Source of the DNA: Octopus vulgaris
Taxonomy: Eukaryota
Direction of reading: 5' to 3'
Assembly: GCA_951406725.2 (NCBI GenBank)
Contig: OX597825.1
Span: 55,490,001-55,554,000, forward strand
DNA length: 64,000 nucleotides
In this document: positions 40,410-53,398 of the stretch, one piece after another
How the letters are laid out: every line of letters begins with the position of its first letter
How positions within the stretch are numbered: the stretch's first letter is position 1
The notes under the pieces: generated by a model
Seen by the model: the letters and a program-made list of their open reading frames with translations, nothing else
Database searches by the model: none
What the model was told of the DNA's origin: nothing
Translations under genes and position numbers: made by a program

Positions 40410-41445
40410 TATTATATTTTGTAACTCTCAAGGTTTTGTATTGAGTACACTTTTTTTCACTTGTTTGTATGTATTCACTCATTCATTGTATCACCCCTTT
40501 AATGGCAGAGCCTTCTATACAAACTGGACATTATAGCTCGATCATGAATATTCACCTGTTGAACTTTTCAAACAAAACATCACCATGCTGCCACAGAAAT
40601 ATTCCATGAAATGTCATATTTAGAAAAGAAAATTTCGTGAAAATTTGTGTTAAAAGGCGTAGATTCTTAACAAAGCAAGTGGAATAACCCTGGAAGAAAT
40701 GCTCGGTTTTAAAATTTAATTGTCTGTCCTCTTCCCCAAGAAATTGGTGGAGAAAAAAACCCAATTGATACATACCTATTCAAATGAGTTATAAACATAC
40801 ATTTCAGAAATGTTACATAATAATTTCCAATAAATTTTTTAAAAATACAAACTAAAAATCTTTTAAAAACTCTAACATATTCACATAATCAGACAAAACA
40901 AAAATAGAATTTTTATGGAAGAAATCACTGTGCATGAAAACATTTCTATCCAAATAGCATGACAAACTTATAGAAAAAAATATGAGCACATTAAATTCCA
41001 TTAACTTGGAAGCTAAAGATTTTACAACTATCTTTCATACAGTCGATAACATTAAAATTTTTCACTGTGGGAGCCATATGCCACTTTTAAGAATCATAAA
41101 CAAAATGTTCTAAGCAATCCATCCACAAAAGTCATCAACTCTACCAAAAGTCAAATATATATTATTAGCAAATTCTATATTTTAGATAAAACACCAGGCT
41201 AGTAAAATGTGTGAGGCTATTTCTATATATCAGAGCTCAGGAATTGAAGATTTGGGCACAGTTGAAATATTATTGACAACAAATGTACAAATGTTTGTAG
41301 TGTATAAAGACTTTTCTCCATCACTCATATTTACTGAATTCAACATTGAAAATAGAATTTACTAGCTTTTACATGCTCTGATGAAGCCATTTGATCCTAA
41401 TGCATTTCTGCATATTATTTCTATAAGAAACTCAGTTACACTGCA
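40410..41445 (+). mobile_element. Penelope-like element relic: pLTR tail, N-terminal/RT-proximal coding remnant, downstream HHR-like core
   Basis: 41075-41190 reads YATFKNHKQNVLSNPSTKVINSTKSQIYIISK, matching the PLE motif ITLKDHKxNFxxNPxxRLINPxKSEIGxISK. Also SDKT and GFK remnants, and CTGATGA 41378-84 ... GAAA 41427-30. Confidence 0.7.
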
Positions 41446-41501
41446 TTGAGAAACTGAATTGACTTCATATTTAAGCATATGTTATATATGTTATATATGA
41501 A

Positions 41502-41810
41502 GGCTTAGTGGTTAGGGTATATGGCTCATGATCATAAGGTCGTGAGTTCAATTCCCAGTAATGTGTTGTGTCCTTGAGCAAGATACTCTATTTCACATTG
41601 CTCCAGTCCATTCAGCTGGCGAAAAATGTGGAGTATTTCAAAGGGCCAGCCTTGTCACATTCTGTGTCACACTGAATCTCCCCGAGAACTACTTTAAGGG
41701 TACATGTGTCTGGGGAGTGCTCAGCCACTTACACATTAATTTCACGAGCAAGCTGTTCTTTTGATTGGATCAACTGGAACACTCGTCAGTGTAACAGACA
41801 GAGTGCCAGT
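41502..41810 (+). mobile_element. SINE family 3, tail type c
   Basis: ggcttagtggttaggg..gagttcaattcc; tail aaagggccagccttgtcac..gatcaactggaac. Confidence 0.82.
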
Positions 41811-41937
41811 CATATGTTATATGCATGTGCGCGCACACACACACACATGTATGCAAATGTAAGCAGCATCAAGATGAGACAGTCAATGTGCATTCTATAC
41901 TCTGTGTAAAAAATGTTAAATGTTATTTTAATTTTAA

Positions 41938-42018
41938 TTCAGCTGAAGAAAACGGGATTTTTACATGATGTAACTGATTTGTCATCAATAAAAACATGTA
42001 TGAAACAGCTGTAGTGAA
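41938..42018 (+). ncRNA. Type-I hammerhead motif, PLE type; 3' half also present inverted at 10775-10805
   Basis: ttcag CTGAAGA (41943-49), long helix II, GAAA (42002-05), cagctg TA gtgaa; the first helix-I pair is mismatched. Confidence 0.6.
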
Positions 42019-42085
42019 CTGCAGCCCGTTAGTGTTATTATTTATACATCGTATATGGATATATACATATATATACATATATATG

Positions 42086-42120
<35 letters not shown>

Positions 42121-42124
<4 letters not shown>

Positions 42125-42299
42125 TAATATTTCCAAATCTCTCTAAAGGAGACTATGGCAGCGGTACTGGATATTAATAGTTATTGCCAAGTTAACATGG
42201 TAGTCCAGAAAAATAGGATGTATGCTGCCGTTGAATGATGCCAAGAGGCCATCGCCTCTAGCTAGCTAGACATATTAGCTTGGCAATAACTACTAATAT
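42121..42299. mobile_element. (TA)n-flanked unit with a 29-bp inverted repeat
   Basis: 42171-42199 versus 42271-42299, three mismatches. Confidence 0.7.
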
Positions 42300-42309
42300 A
42301 TATATATTC

Positions 42310-42605
42310 TTTTATTCTTTTACTTGTTTCAGTCATTTGACTGCAGCCATGCTGGAGCACCACCTTTTAGTCAAAGAATTCAGCCCCAGGACTCTTTGTA
42401 AGACTGGTACTTATTCTGTTAGTCTCTTTTGCTGAACTGCTAAGTTACAGGGACGTAAACACACCAACATCAGTTGTCAAGTGATTGTGGCAGGGGAAAC
42501 AAACACAGATACACACTTAAATATATATATATAAGACACTTGTGCAAGGTGTTATGCAGTGGGACTGAACCTGGAACCATGTGGTTGAAAAGCAAGCTTC
42601 TTACC
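42310..42605 (-). mobile_element. CORE-type SINE family 2
   Basis: Tail and head motifs on the minus strand. Confidence 0.8.
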
Positions 42606-43439
42606 AATCATATTCATAATTACACATTTTATTCCTCTTAATCTGATATTTTTTTCTTATTGAGCATTTTCTTTGTCTCTTTACACAAAAAATTATTGTC
42701 ACTCTATTTGCCAAATATTTGGTTAGGGTTGAATGTACCTCTGTCAGATTCAGCAATGCAGATTCAGTTGTTCACTCAGTAGAATAACCTGCTCATTGAA
42801 TCTAAGTGGTTGATTATTCCACAGAATTGTGTACTCTTAAAATTATTTTACATGCAATAGTATGCATGTGTATGGAAACTGTACTTTTGAATTACAAGTA
42901 TATTTCACCTGATGCACTTCCATACAGTTTCCACCTACCCCAGTTTCACTCACAAGATATAAAACAACCTAAGGATAAAAAACATGATGTTTACCCTAGA
43001 TGGCATGATGTAGAATCAAACCCAGGATCTCACGGTTGTAAAACAACTCCTTAACCATTTAGCCACAAGTAAAATATTTATATGATTACTATAATAGCTC
43101 ACTCACTTCTCTCTACCATCTTTGATTCTATTATTAATGTAATTTAAGGGAACTTGTGCGTTGTATTGAATACAGTCATAAATATATTTTTGGTATTTCA
43201 GCTGTTTCTGTGTTTCTTCAATTCTGGTTCTGTTGAGTATAAAAGCATCCTGACATGTTGTATTAGCGTTTGTAGCTGCTAAATATCTGTTTCCATTTTA
43301 GCATTATGGGAAACCACAAGGAAATAGCTCTTGATGTATATAAAAATTAGTTATTTCTCTTTATCTGAACATTGCATTAAGAAAACCTGTAATAAAACAA
43401 ATGATAAATATACATTGCATCTAAAAATATAAATGGAGA

Positions 43440-43894
43440 TAGATATGGCTGTGTGATTAGGCAGTTCAATTCTCAACCATGTCCCATTGCTAGGGGAATT
43501 GTCTTCGACTATAGTCTGTGAATAACAAAGCTTCACAAGTGGATTTGGTTGTAGGAAACTGAAAGAAGCTTATCATTAATATTTGTATGTATGTATTTAT
43601 GTATGTATGTATATGTATACATGTATTTATATATATGTGTATATATATTTATGTATTTATGCATGCATGTCTATATATCTTCTATTTTGTTTCAGTCATT
43701 AAACTGTGGCCATGCTAGGGCAACACCTTGAGGAATTTTTAACCAGACTAATCAACTCCTGTACTTATTTTCATTTTAAGCTTGGCACTTTTTCCATCTG
43801 TCTCTTTTGCCAAACTGTTAAATTACAGGGACGTAAACACACCAGCACCAAGTAGTGTTATCAAGTGGTAGTGGTGGGCAAATACAGACACAAA

Positions 43895-43938
<44 letters not shown>

Positions 43939-44190
43939 TGTGTGTGTGTGTGTATATATACACATACATACATATGACAGTTTTCTTCCAGTTTCTGTCT
44001 ACCAAATTCACTCAATAGGCTTTTGTCTTCTTCCCTACCCATTTCTTGGAGGAAGAGTACAGACAATCAAATTTTAAAACCAAGCATTTCTTCCAGGGTT
44101 ATTCCACTTTCTTTGTGTAGAATCTACACCAAGCTGCCATGCTGTGGGATTGAGCCCAGAACTATTTACCACACAGCCATGCCTGCATCT
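43440..44190. mobile_element. Two CORE-type SINE copies in opposite orientation (+ 43440-43570; - 43685-44190)
   Basis: Family motifs. Confidence 0.75.
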
Positions 44191-44518
44191 GGAATGGAAA
44201 ATCTAATGCTTTGGAGATTACTTCATCAAGAAAAAATTGAATGGAGAGAAATAATAGGAGACAACAGAGTTTTTACATTTGTGATGTTAAAAAAACTGGT
44301 TGCAACTCAGAGGATGTAAACCTCTGTTGTGTCTTATTTATTTTACTTGCTTCAACTTTTCTGAGAAGAAGGACAAAGTCTGTTAGATTTTTTTCCATTC
44401 CTTGTGGCAAGTTCACAATACCTTTCTTAATATATATACAATGTACCTCAGTTTTCAAACAACTCTGATCATGAATAAATTGTGCTCTATCTCCTGTCTT
44501 TCTTATATTCATTTAATA

Positions 44519-45006
44519 CAGTAGTACCTCGGTTTACAAACGCTTCTGATCACGAATAAATCATGCTTTATATATATATCCTTAAATCCTTAAAAATGTT
44601 TTAGCCCGAAGGCCGTGGCTATGCTGGGGCACCACCGCTGATATATATATATATACACATATATACATACTGCTATTTAGCTCCAGGAAACATCGTTTCC
44701 AGTTGGCTACGTGACATAAGCAGTCTGTGTCCTTAAGTTTTCCCCTGTTTGAAAACTTAAGGACACAGAATGCTTGTGTCATATAGCCAGCTGGAAACGA
44801 TGTTTCCTGGGGCTAATTAACAGTAGCATTCTCCCCTTTCCTGGGACTGCCACATTAAGTTGGCAACAAACCATCACTTTATCGTTCTGCTATTGTATAA
44901 GTCTCTCTGAGAGATTTAGAAATACAATATTTCTAATATATATATATATATATATAAAACACGATTTATTTGTGATTAGAGTTGCTCGAAAACCGAGGTA
45001 CAACTG
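44519..45006. mobile_element. Tigger/pogo-type MITE with TA duplication; extra left-end copy at 44439-44486
   Basis: TA-cagtagtacctcggttt..gatcacgaataaatc / gatttatttgtgat..aaaccgaggtacaactg-TA. Confidence 0.8.
44668..44825. mobile_element. Nested foldback element with ~70-bp arms and 8-nt loop
   Basis: ccaggaaacatcgtttccag..ctgtgtccttaagttttc / gaaaacttaaggacacag..ctggaaacgatgtttcctgg. Confidence 0.88.
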
Positions 45007-45046
45007 TATGTTTGTATGTATATATGTATATATATATATGGATTAA

Positions 45047-45328
45047 GGCTACCATTGGTTTCATGTAAAGAAGCCTTCCACAATTATCAAGCTTATCACA
45101 CAGAACATCAGTGTTCATCTCCCTTTTGGCCACATGGAGCAGCATCCTGTGACTCCTATAGTATGCATAACTGAAACCCCTATGAGGGGCATCCCATGGG
45201 ATGACCTAGATGAGATGAAATGATGGATAAAAACCAATTGGATTAATTTAAAATACAGATGAGCACCGATGTTCTGTGAGATAGGTTTGAAAATTGCATG
45301 ATTCCTTAACATGAAACCAATGATAGCT
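45047..45328. mobile_element. MITE with ~72-bp imperfect TIRs, possibly PIF/Harbinger-like
   Basis: gctaccattggtttcatg..cacagaacatcagtgttcatct / agatgagcaccgatgttctgtg..catgaaaccaatgatagc. Confidence 0.75.
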
Positions 45329-45470
45329 ATAAATAAAGAATCTTTATCCACTAATGTGGTGTTGAGCACTCATTCTCAATGCTTATATCTATATCATATA
45401 TATGTACATAAATATATACATATATATATGCATATATATATATGCATATATATATATATGCATATATATA

Positions 45471-45509
<39 letters not shown>

Positions 45510-45589
45510 ATATATATATATACACACAGACACACACACAATTATATATACATGTATGTTTGTATTTCCTTTTCTTCCCAATATGGGCT

Positions 45590-45800
45590 AGTTATAAACA
45601 AGTATTGTGATCATTTAAGGAAAGTTCCTTGTTTTCAGTCTTCCCTGAAATCATGCCTAACCAGGGGGAAATATTATCTTGCTTGGAAACAGGTGAAGGT
45701 TGGTGACAGGAAGGGCATCCAGCCAAGGATAAACCTATCTCAGTGAATTTCATATGACCCATGCAAGTACTCTAAAGTGAATATTAAAATAATGATGATG
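45590..45800 (+). mobile_element. RTE-tail-related repeat
   Basis: ggttggtgacaggaagggcatccagcc..acccatgcaag..attaaaataatgatgat; related copy at 29125-29350 (-). Confidence 0.7.
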
Positions 45801-46657
45801 ATGTTGAAGATAATATTGATGATGATAATGCTGATTATGAGGACAGTGATGATGATAATGACAATGATGATGATGACAATGATGATGGCCATGACAACAA
45901 CGTTGATGATGATGATGGTGATGATGGCAATGATGATGACGACGATGACAATAAGTAAAAAGAGGGGAGGGGCGAAATGAAAATGCAATAGAAAAATAGA
46001 AATAAACAATTTCAATTGCCTGTATTATATGTTACAAGGCTATACATACACACACACACACAATACTCTGACATATGCACACACCTACAAACACACACAC
46101 ATACACACACCCAGTCACACACATTTGGGTGTGCAATCAAGATATAGAAATATTTAAAACAAGCATATCAGGGTATATATTTATTTCCTTTTATTACAAA
46201 CAGACGTTCTTCCTTTATCATAATCTATAGTTGTGTAACTACAATGAAAGGAAATGGTACCAAATGACAAGATATTTTTGAAGCTATATATTCTATATAT
46301 TCAGAATTTGTACAGAAAATATGACAGTTGCACTGGATGCAAGATGTCAGGGTGTACACAGACCATGGCTACGAAAATAAATCAGTACATTACAAAGGTA
46401 CAATGGAGGCAAAGTTAAAATTTAACTGTCAGTATTTGTTATTTGCATATTTGTAAATAAATGAACGAGTGAATAAATAAATAAAGAAGGAAAGAAAGAA
46501 AGAAGTGAGGGAAAATATTATGCTTTTGGTATGAATATATTACTGTAAATATACAAAAAATAGTGAAGCATACAAATATAAAACTCCAAAGTATTATAAA
46601 CACATCAACAACAAAATCATCATGAACAACAAAACAACAATAATAATAATAATAATA

Positions 46658-46726
<69 letters not shown>

Positions 46727-47015
46727 AATGTTAGGTGACATATGAAGGTGACATTGTAAGAACAAATTACAAAAATGGCAGTGATGGAAGAACATTGTGT
46801 ACAATCGATTATCAAAGAAAACAGCCTTGGAAACAAAAGAATGTGACAGGAAATAAAAGAAGTGTCCCAAGAGAGGAGCAGCCTTATAAACATAAACGAT
46901 AATAGACCACTGATTTAAAGCCTGAATTTAAGTGTGCTGAACATAAATATATAAATACATACATACATCTGTACATATATACACGTCTCTCTCACGCTCT
47001 GTCTGTGTATGTATA

Positions 47016-47056
<41 letters not shown>

Positions 47057-47159
47057 GTACACACATAAACACACAACATATGTTTGTGTGTGTGTGTGCA
47101 TACATACACAGACAACCATAGTAGTCACAAAGCTAGCAAAGCAAGATTGAAATGTGTTC

Positions 47160-48000
47160 TTAAATTACCTTAACAAATACTTTTTTTCTGATGGGGACAG
47201 TTAGAGATCAGCTCAGAAATTTTATTGGACTGATCAGATTTCAGTGTTAAAATATGAAACCTCTCTGCTAAACAAACGCTGCATCTATGAGAGCTGGTAA
47301 CAGACAACGTTAGCATTTTCGATAATTAACCAGTTGATTCCAAAACTTCCTATGTCTCTTTCAAATGTCAGATATTTAGATAATGAAGTAGCCTACTTGT
47401 CCATATGGCTGAAGGAATATATGTACTGAATGCTCTGTCTCTTAAACAAGTTCTAATTAAGGTCAGTCTAGCTTTTTCAGTACTGTCTGTGGGGGTCACA
47501 TTTGCACAATAGACAAGTATCTTTGAAAGTTACTTACCATCAAGAATACAAGTTGTAATATTAATGCAGATGCATTAAGTTGATTAGTTTGGAATATTTC
47601 TATACGTAGTATTACTCTGCTTATTCATTCTGCTTTTGGCAGTAGCCAGATTTTGGATGCAACTGTAACTCATTTTGATTTTGGTACTATTTTATTAAAG
47701 AATTTGTTATAAAAATGACTGTGTGGGAAGTGTTTGCATTATAAGATATAAAAATCTTGTGGCTATATTGGATGACACATTTAATCTGAAAGAGGGGATT
47801 GTACCAAATATCTTTTTGCTTTTTCTTTTTTTTATATGTTTATGATGTTGAGTATATTATATTTTTCTTTGAATCTGTTCTCTTTTAAGGCATCCTTGTA
47901 ATGCTCTGAAAAACGATTAAATCTATTCTTCATCTAAAGAAATATTTTATATATGTCTGACTACATACATTATAAATATGAGGAAGGGGAGAATGTAAAT
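47160..48000 (-). mobile_element. Penelope-like element relic: linker and GIY-YIG endonuclease C-terminal region
   Basis: Minus-strand fragments HYKDALK, IWYNPLF, NIATRFLYLI..HFP, MSYSCIQN, CICINITTCILDGK*LSKILVYCANV, ATSLSKY, RCSVCLAERFHI, NKISELISNCPH; many stops and frameshifts. Confidence 0.85.
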
Positions 48001-48004
48001 TCTG

Positions 48005-48127
48005 CTATATAGTATTGTATGGTAATAGTGTAGTATAGCGTTGTGAGCTAGTAGTGTACTATAGTGTTGTGTGGTAGTAGTGTACTACAGTGTTGTGAGG
48101 TAGTAGTGTACTATAGTGTTGTGAGGT
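48005..48127. repeat. 26-bp minisatellite, about 4.7 copies
   Basis: Unit tactatagtgttgtgaggtagtagtg. Confidence 0.85.
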
Positions 48128-48169
48128 TGAAAAGTTGTTGTAAATAGTGTAATATGATGGTTGTAGTAG

Positions 48170-48790
48170 AAGAGTAGTAGTAGAAGTAGTGCTACTGGAA
48201 TGAAAGTAAAGTCTGGTTGAGAATAGGGTGGTGGGGGCAATGGTGACGATGATGGTAATGACAATAACAGGTGTGATGGTGTTGGTGCTGGTGAAGGTAG
48301 TAGTATTAGTAGTGATGATAATGGGGGGGGGGATGATGGTGATTGTCATAGTAGAAGTAGTGGTCTTGATGGTGGTGTTGATGATGGCAGCAGTTGTATT
48401 GGTAGTAGTGATGGTGGTAGTAACAGTTATAGTTAGGCTGGGGATGATGAAGGGGAGAGTAATGATGATAGTGGTAATGGTGGTGATAGTAGTTGTGGTA
48501 GTGGTGGTGGTGGTGAGGGCTGGGGTGGTGATGGTGATGATGGTGGTGGTAGTGCTGATGATGGCAGAAGTTAGTGGTGGTGGTAATGTTGTAGTGGTGA
48601 TGGTGGTAGTTGTGGCAATGATGTAGTTGTGGCAATAATGACAATGGCGGATGATAGTGGTGGTGGCAGTAGTTGAGGTGGTGGTAGTAGTAGTTGGAGT
48701 AGTAGTAGTAGTTGTGGTGGAGGCAGTAAGGTGGGAGTAACAGCTCTTGCAGTGGTGGTGTTGGTGGAGGTAGTGGTGGCGGTGATGGCA
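48170..48790. repeat. Degenerate (GGT/GAT/AGT)n block
   Basis: Directly visible. Confidence 0.9.
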
Positions 48791-49275
48791 GTGCTAATAT
48801 ATATGCAGAGATAGGGGGGTGTCAGGTGGGTGGGGTAGCAAAAGTAACAATGAATATAGAAGTTTCCACTGAAATTGGAAAATATCATTTATTTATTCAC
48901 TTTTCTTCATATTTTTGTTATTTTTCTATTGAAAAATTATATTTATTTATTTGTTTTATTCCTCTTTCATCGTTATTGATGATAAAAGTGAAAAAAAAGG
49001 TAGAGAGAAAAAGAGAGGAAAGAAGTCTATTTTTATCCAAAGAGAGAAAGGAAAGAGAACAAGATTCTGGAAACGTTAGCAACTCCATAGAAATTTACTA
49101 ATGCCAGAAGGTTATTTTATGTCAAATTCAAAAACACCTATACACACACACACACACACACACATATGCACACACACACACATGCATACATACACATACG
49201 TGCATACACACACACATATGCATACATAAAGGTGTGAGTGCATGCACAATACATACATATTATATATATGTATGT

Positions 49276-49317
<42 letters not shown>

Positions 49318-50058
49318 CACAAACATAAAGATGTGTGTATATGCACACCCATAAGTATACATACATATATGTATATATATATATATATATAGACACCCAC
49401 ACACTCACACACACACACACTCACACACACACATACACACATGCATGCACACACAAACACACCACACACATTGTTTCAGTCTTCAGGCTTAACCTTTTAT
49501 ATCACTATAGTTTTAGAGACTTCATTAGTGAACAGTTTTCAAATTTGAATACAGACAAAATTTCATGCATGGATTTTGGAGCCCACCCCAGCCCTACTTC
49601 AACTCCCCACCATGCATCCTACCCTAAAGGACAAAGGGTAAAATTATACCTAAGCCAGATTTGTAACTAAGAGCTTTCACTACATATAGCAAAAAACATC
49701 AACAACAAAAATTGCTGACCATTGCTATTTTTCTCTCTATTTTCCTTGTTTCAGTCATTAGACTACAGCCATGCTGTAGCATCAACTTGAAGAATTTTAG
49801 CCGAATAAATTGCCCCTGTACTTATTCTTTTTTGTAATGCCTGGTACTAATTTTATCTGTTCTTTTTGCCAAACTGCTAAGTTACAGAGGCATAAACACA
49901 CCAACACTAGTTGTCAAGCAGGGGCAAGAGACAAACGCATACACAAAGACACACACAAGCACACACATATAGTGAAAAGGTTTGAGAAAAAAACTCCAGA
50001 TGGTGAATTGTAGTAAAAAGTATTATTAGAAAGAAAATGCCCAGAAATTTTATGTCTG

Positions 50059-50095
<37 letters not shown>

Positions 50096-50120
50096 CAAAC
50101 TTAAAATAAAATATTTACAT

Positions 50121-50153
50121 AGTCGACAGGTTTTGCTTATGCTAATCATGACT
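50121..50153 (-). ncRNA. Minimal hammerhead-like motif with A3-U8 core variant and G12 mutated
   Basis: Minus strand agtc ATGATTA gc-ataa-gc AAAA c-ct GTC gact, about 30 bp from a (TA)n tract. Confidence 0.45.
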
Positions 50154-51015
50154 GAGTAATTAGTGATAATGTTATAATTTCATGATATTATAATAAGTTT
50201 TCATTCCACACACATACAAACAAACACACACACATATATATATATATAATCATGTAAACCACATTTGCATTGGTTAGAATAAAACAGAATAAAAACTAAT
50301 GAACAAAATGAATGAATAATCATTTTTTCCAATACTCGACTGATTCCATGAATCCAACACAATTCACTACCCTACACCAAAGGAAAATGAAGACAACCAT
50401 AAAAGCCATCAATAGATCTTTCATAAAATATGCGGAGGTGTAGTTTTGGATGTTAGGTGGAAGATAAGTGAAAGAAACCATTCCAGCATAATGGAAACAA
50501 TTAAACACAAACTGTAATATAAATATGTTAACACAGAGAGCAGAGTCGTTTAAAGTGTACAAGGCCAGATACAGTGGAGTCGAAAAGACGAGGTGCAGTA
50601 ATAGGGCTTTTAAGTAAAAGAAAATTAATACGTGAAGCTTTTAATGTAAAGAAAATAGCATTAAAAATATAATTAATAACAACAATAATACTAATGAAAA
50701 TAAAATAATAATAAACAAAACGAGGTAAGAGTAATGCAATTATGAAATTATATTGTGGAAGAATCTGGCATACTTCTTTTTTTCCCTAGCTTTATTGTGT
50801 CTAGTATGAGTGCAAGTGTGTGTGTATACACACACATACACAAAGATCTATATTTTTGTGTGTGTATGTGTATACATATTATAGATAGATTGATAGATAT
50901 AGATATACACCTGTGTATATATATATTTATGTAGAGTGATATATATGTGTCTTTGTGAGCATATATATACATACATACATACATATATATATATTTATAT
51001 ATATATGTATTTATA

Positions 51016-51141
<126 letters not shown>

Positions 51142-51464
51142 CATATTTATATGTGTGTGTGTGTGAGTGCGTGTGTGTGTGTGTGTATATGAATGTGTAT
51201 ACATACACATGCAGCTTAGATTTTATCCGCTTTGTGCTTTGATTTCAGCAAAGTCAATTATGGAAAGAGGATTACAGAAAGCAAGCTAGCCATGAAGCAA
51301 GACTTTGCTAATTAGAGCAAATTTTTAAAATGTCAATGTGATTAGCATTTGCAATATCAGTTTAATTATTTTCTCTGTATAGACATAATATACGGAATGT
51401 GAACTACTTAACTGCAGGTAACAACCAGGGGTCAGACATTGTTACTATATATATATATATACAC

Positions 51465-51542
<78 letters not shown>

Positions 51543-53227
51543 GTACACACACACATATGGCATCAATGTACTTTTACTTGCTTTGCAAAATGTTAATATA
51601 ATGTGGTGAAATTGAGTGTGTATTTATATAAACATGCATACACATATACACACATGCAAGCACACACATATATCTATACATGTATTTATATACATACACA
51701 CATGCTTATAATATATCTGTGCTGGTATTTATGTGAATGTGTATTTATATTGAATGCCATAATTCACCAGCACTGAACTGTGCAACTTAAGCAGCTAATA
51801 GGGTCTATATATTTGTTATTAACAATACAATTATTACAGTATGATTATACATACATGTACATACAAAAGTTTCTCTTAATTTATTCTTTTACCATTTTTC
51901 ATTGAACCACAAGTACTATAACATTTCACACAGGCATTGTAGTATTATAAAATGTTCTGTATATAAAATCCTCATTAGTTCTTTCAGAATTTAGAATATT
52001 AAACAGCTGCCTTGCACAATTCATTCAAATTCTCTACTTATGTGTAGCTCTGTTACTTGTGGAAATTGCCCTCTTGTTTATAATTAACTGGCAGATTCAT
52101 TAGCATACTGGGCTAGTGCTGGACTGACTGAACATAATTTTAAAACATGGATTTAACAGCATCCATACTCTTCTGTTTGCACTGACAGGAAATTTGCATT
52201 AGTTTTGTTAAAATTTAACTGGTCTTTGAGAGACATACAAGGGTGTATAAGTAATCATTGCATGTTGAACTTGGATCTAACTCTTATTATCCCAATAAAA
52301 GGTCTTGGTGAATACTCCCTTCTCATTTGCATCTATGTGAACAAGTGTGACAAAATGGTTTCAAGATTCTTATCTTTAAATATATCAGATCTTTTATTTT
52401 CTTGTAAGCATGATTCTAACTACCTTTTTTGGCCTATTTTAAGCCTCCTCAAAACCCTAAAATCAGAGCCAATTTTAATTTTATATATACAACTGTTAGA
52501 TCTATATTTTTGTTATCTCATTTCACAATACCAAAAAGCTCCCTTGCAAGAATACACACACACACACACATATATACATTCAAATGTATAAAAATATGTA
52601 TGTATGTATGTCTTTGGGTATGTGTGTGTGTATTTATTCATATATATATCAGTGGTTATAGAAGATATTTTACATGCGTACACATACATGCACACGCACA
52701 TACACACACACATGAATATATACACACACATACTCAGATAAATTTGCATTATTATATTTTGTTTCCAATTTAATTGCATGCATATTTAATTCAGTATATT
52801 TAATTCAACCATTTTAATATACCAATCCTTCACCATCTTTCCCTATTTGCACACAAAATTTTCTACGCCTATTTTTGTCAAAGAATTCCCTTGAAGACCT
52901 TTATATATTTTATAATTAACACCTTTATGCAAATATAAATAATTCTAATATTTGGTATTTTACAATTTAATTGCACGCATACTTGATTCAATAATTTTAA
53001 TAACATACACAGTATTTTCCCATACAAGCTCAGTTTTTTTGCATAAATTTGTCATTATTATTATTTTCCTCATTCACTAATGTCAGTACACAAGAAGCTG
53101 CACCTAGTTTTGACCTTTCCTTATATGGTATATTTTTCAAAATGGAGCTTTAATGAATGAGGTTTAATGCATTTTCAAGAGATCAGGCAAAACTTGCTAC
53201 CACTTTTGAATATCTTTTGCATCTCTA

Positions 53228-53267
<40 letters not shown>

Positions 53268-53319
53268 TAGATAGATAGATAGATAGATAATGGAATGAAT
53301 GACATTCTTTATCTAAAAT

Positions 53320-53398
53320 CACTACAAGTGTTTCTACACATTTTTACACTTGTTGTATATTACTGAGATACTGAGTAATTGTTATCATACATCAGGTA
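53320..53398 (-). ncRNA. Degenerate hammerhead-like motif
   Basis: Minus strand tac CTGATGT ... GAAA ca-ct-t GTA gtg; A9 is mutated. Confidence 0.35.
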
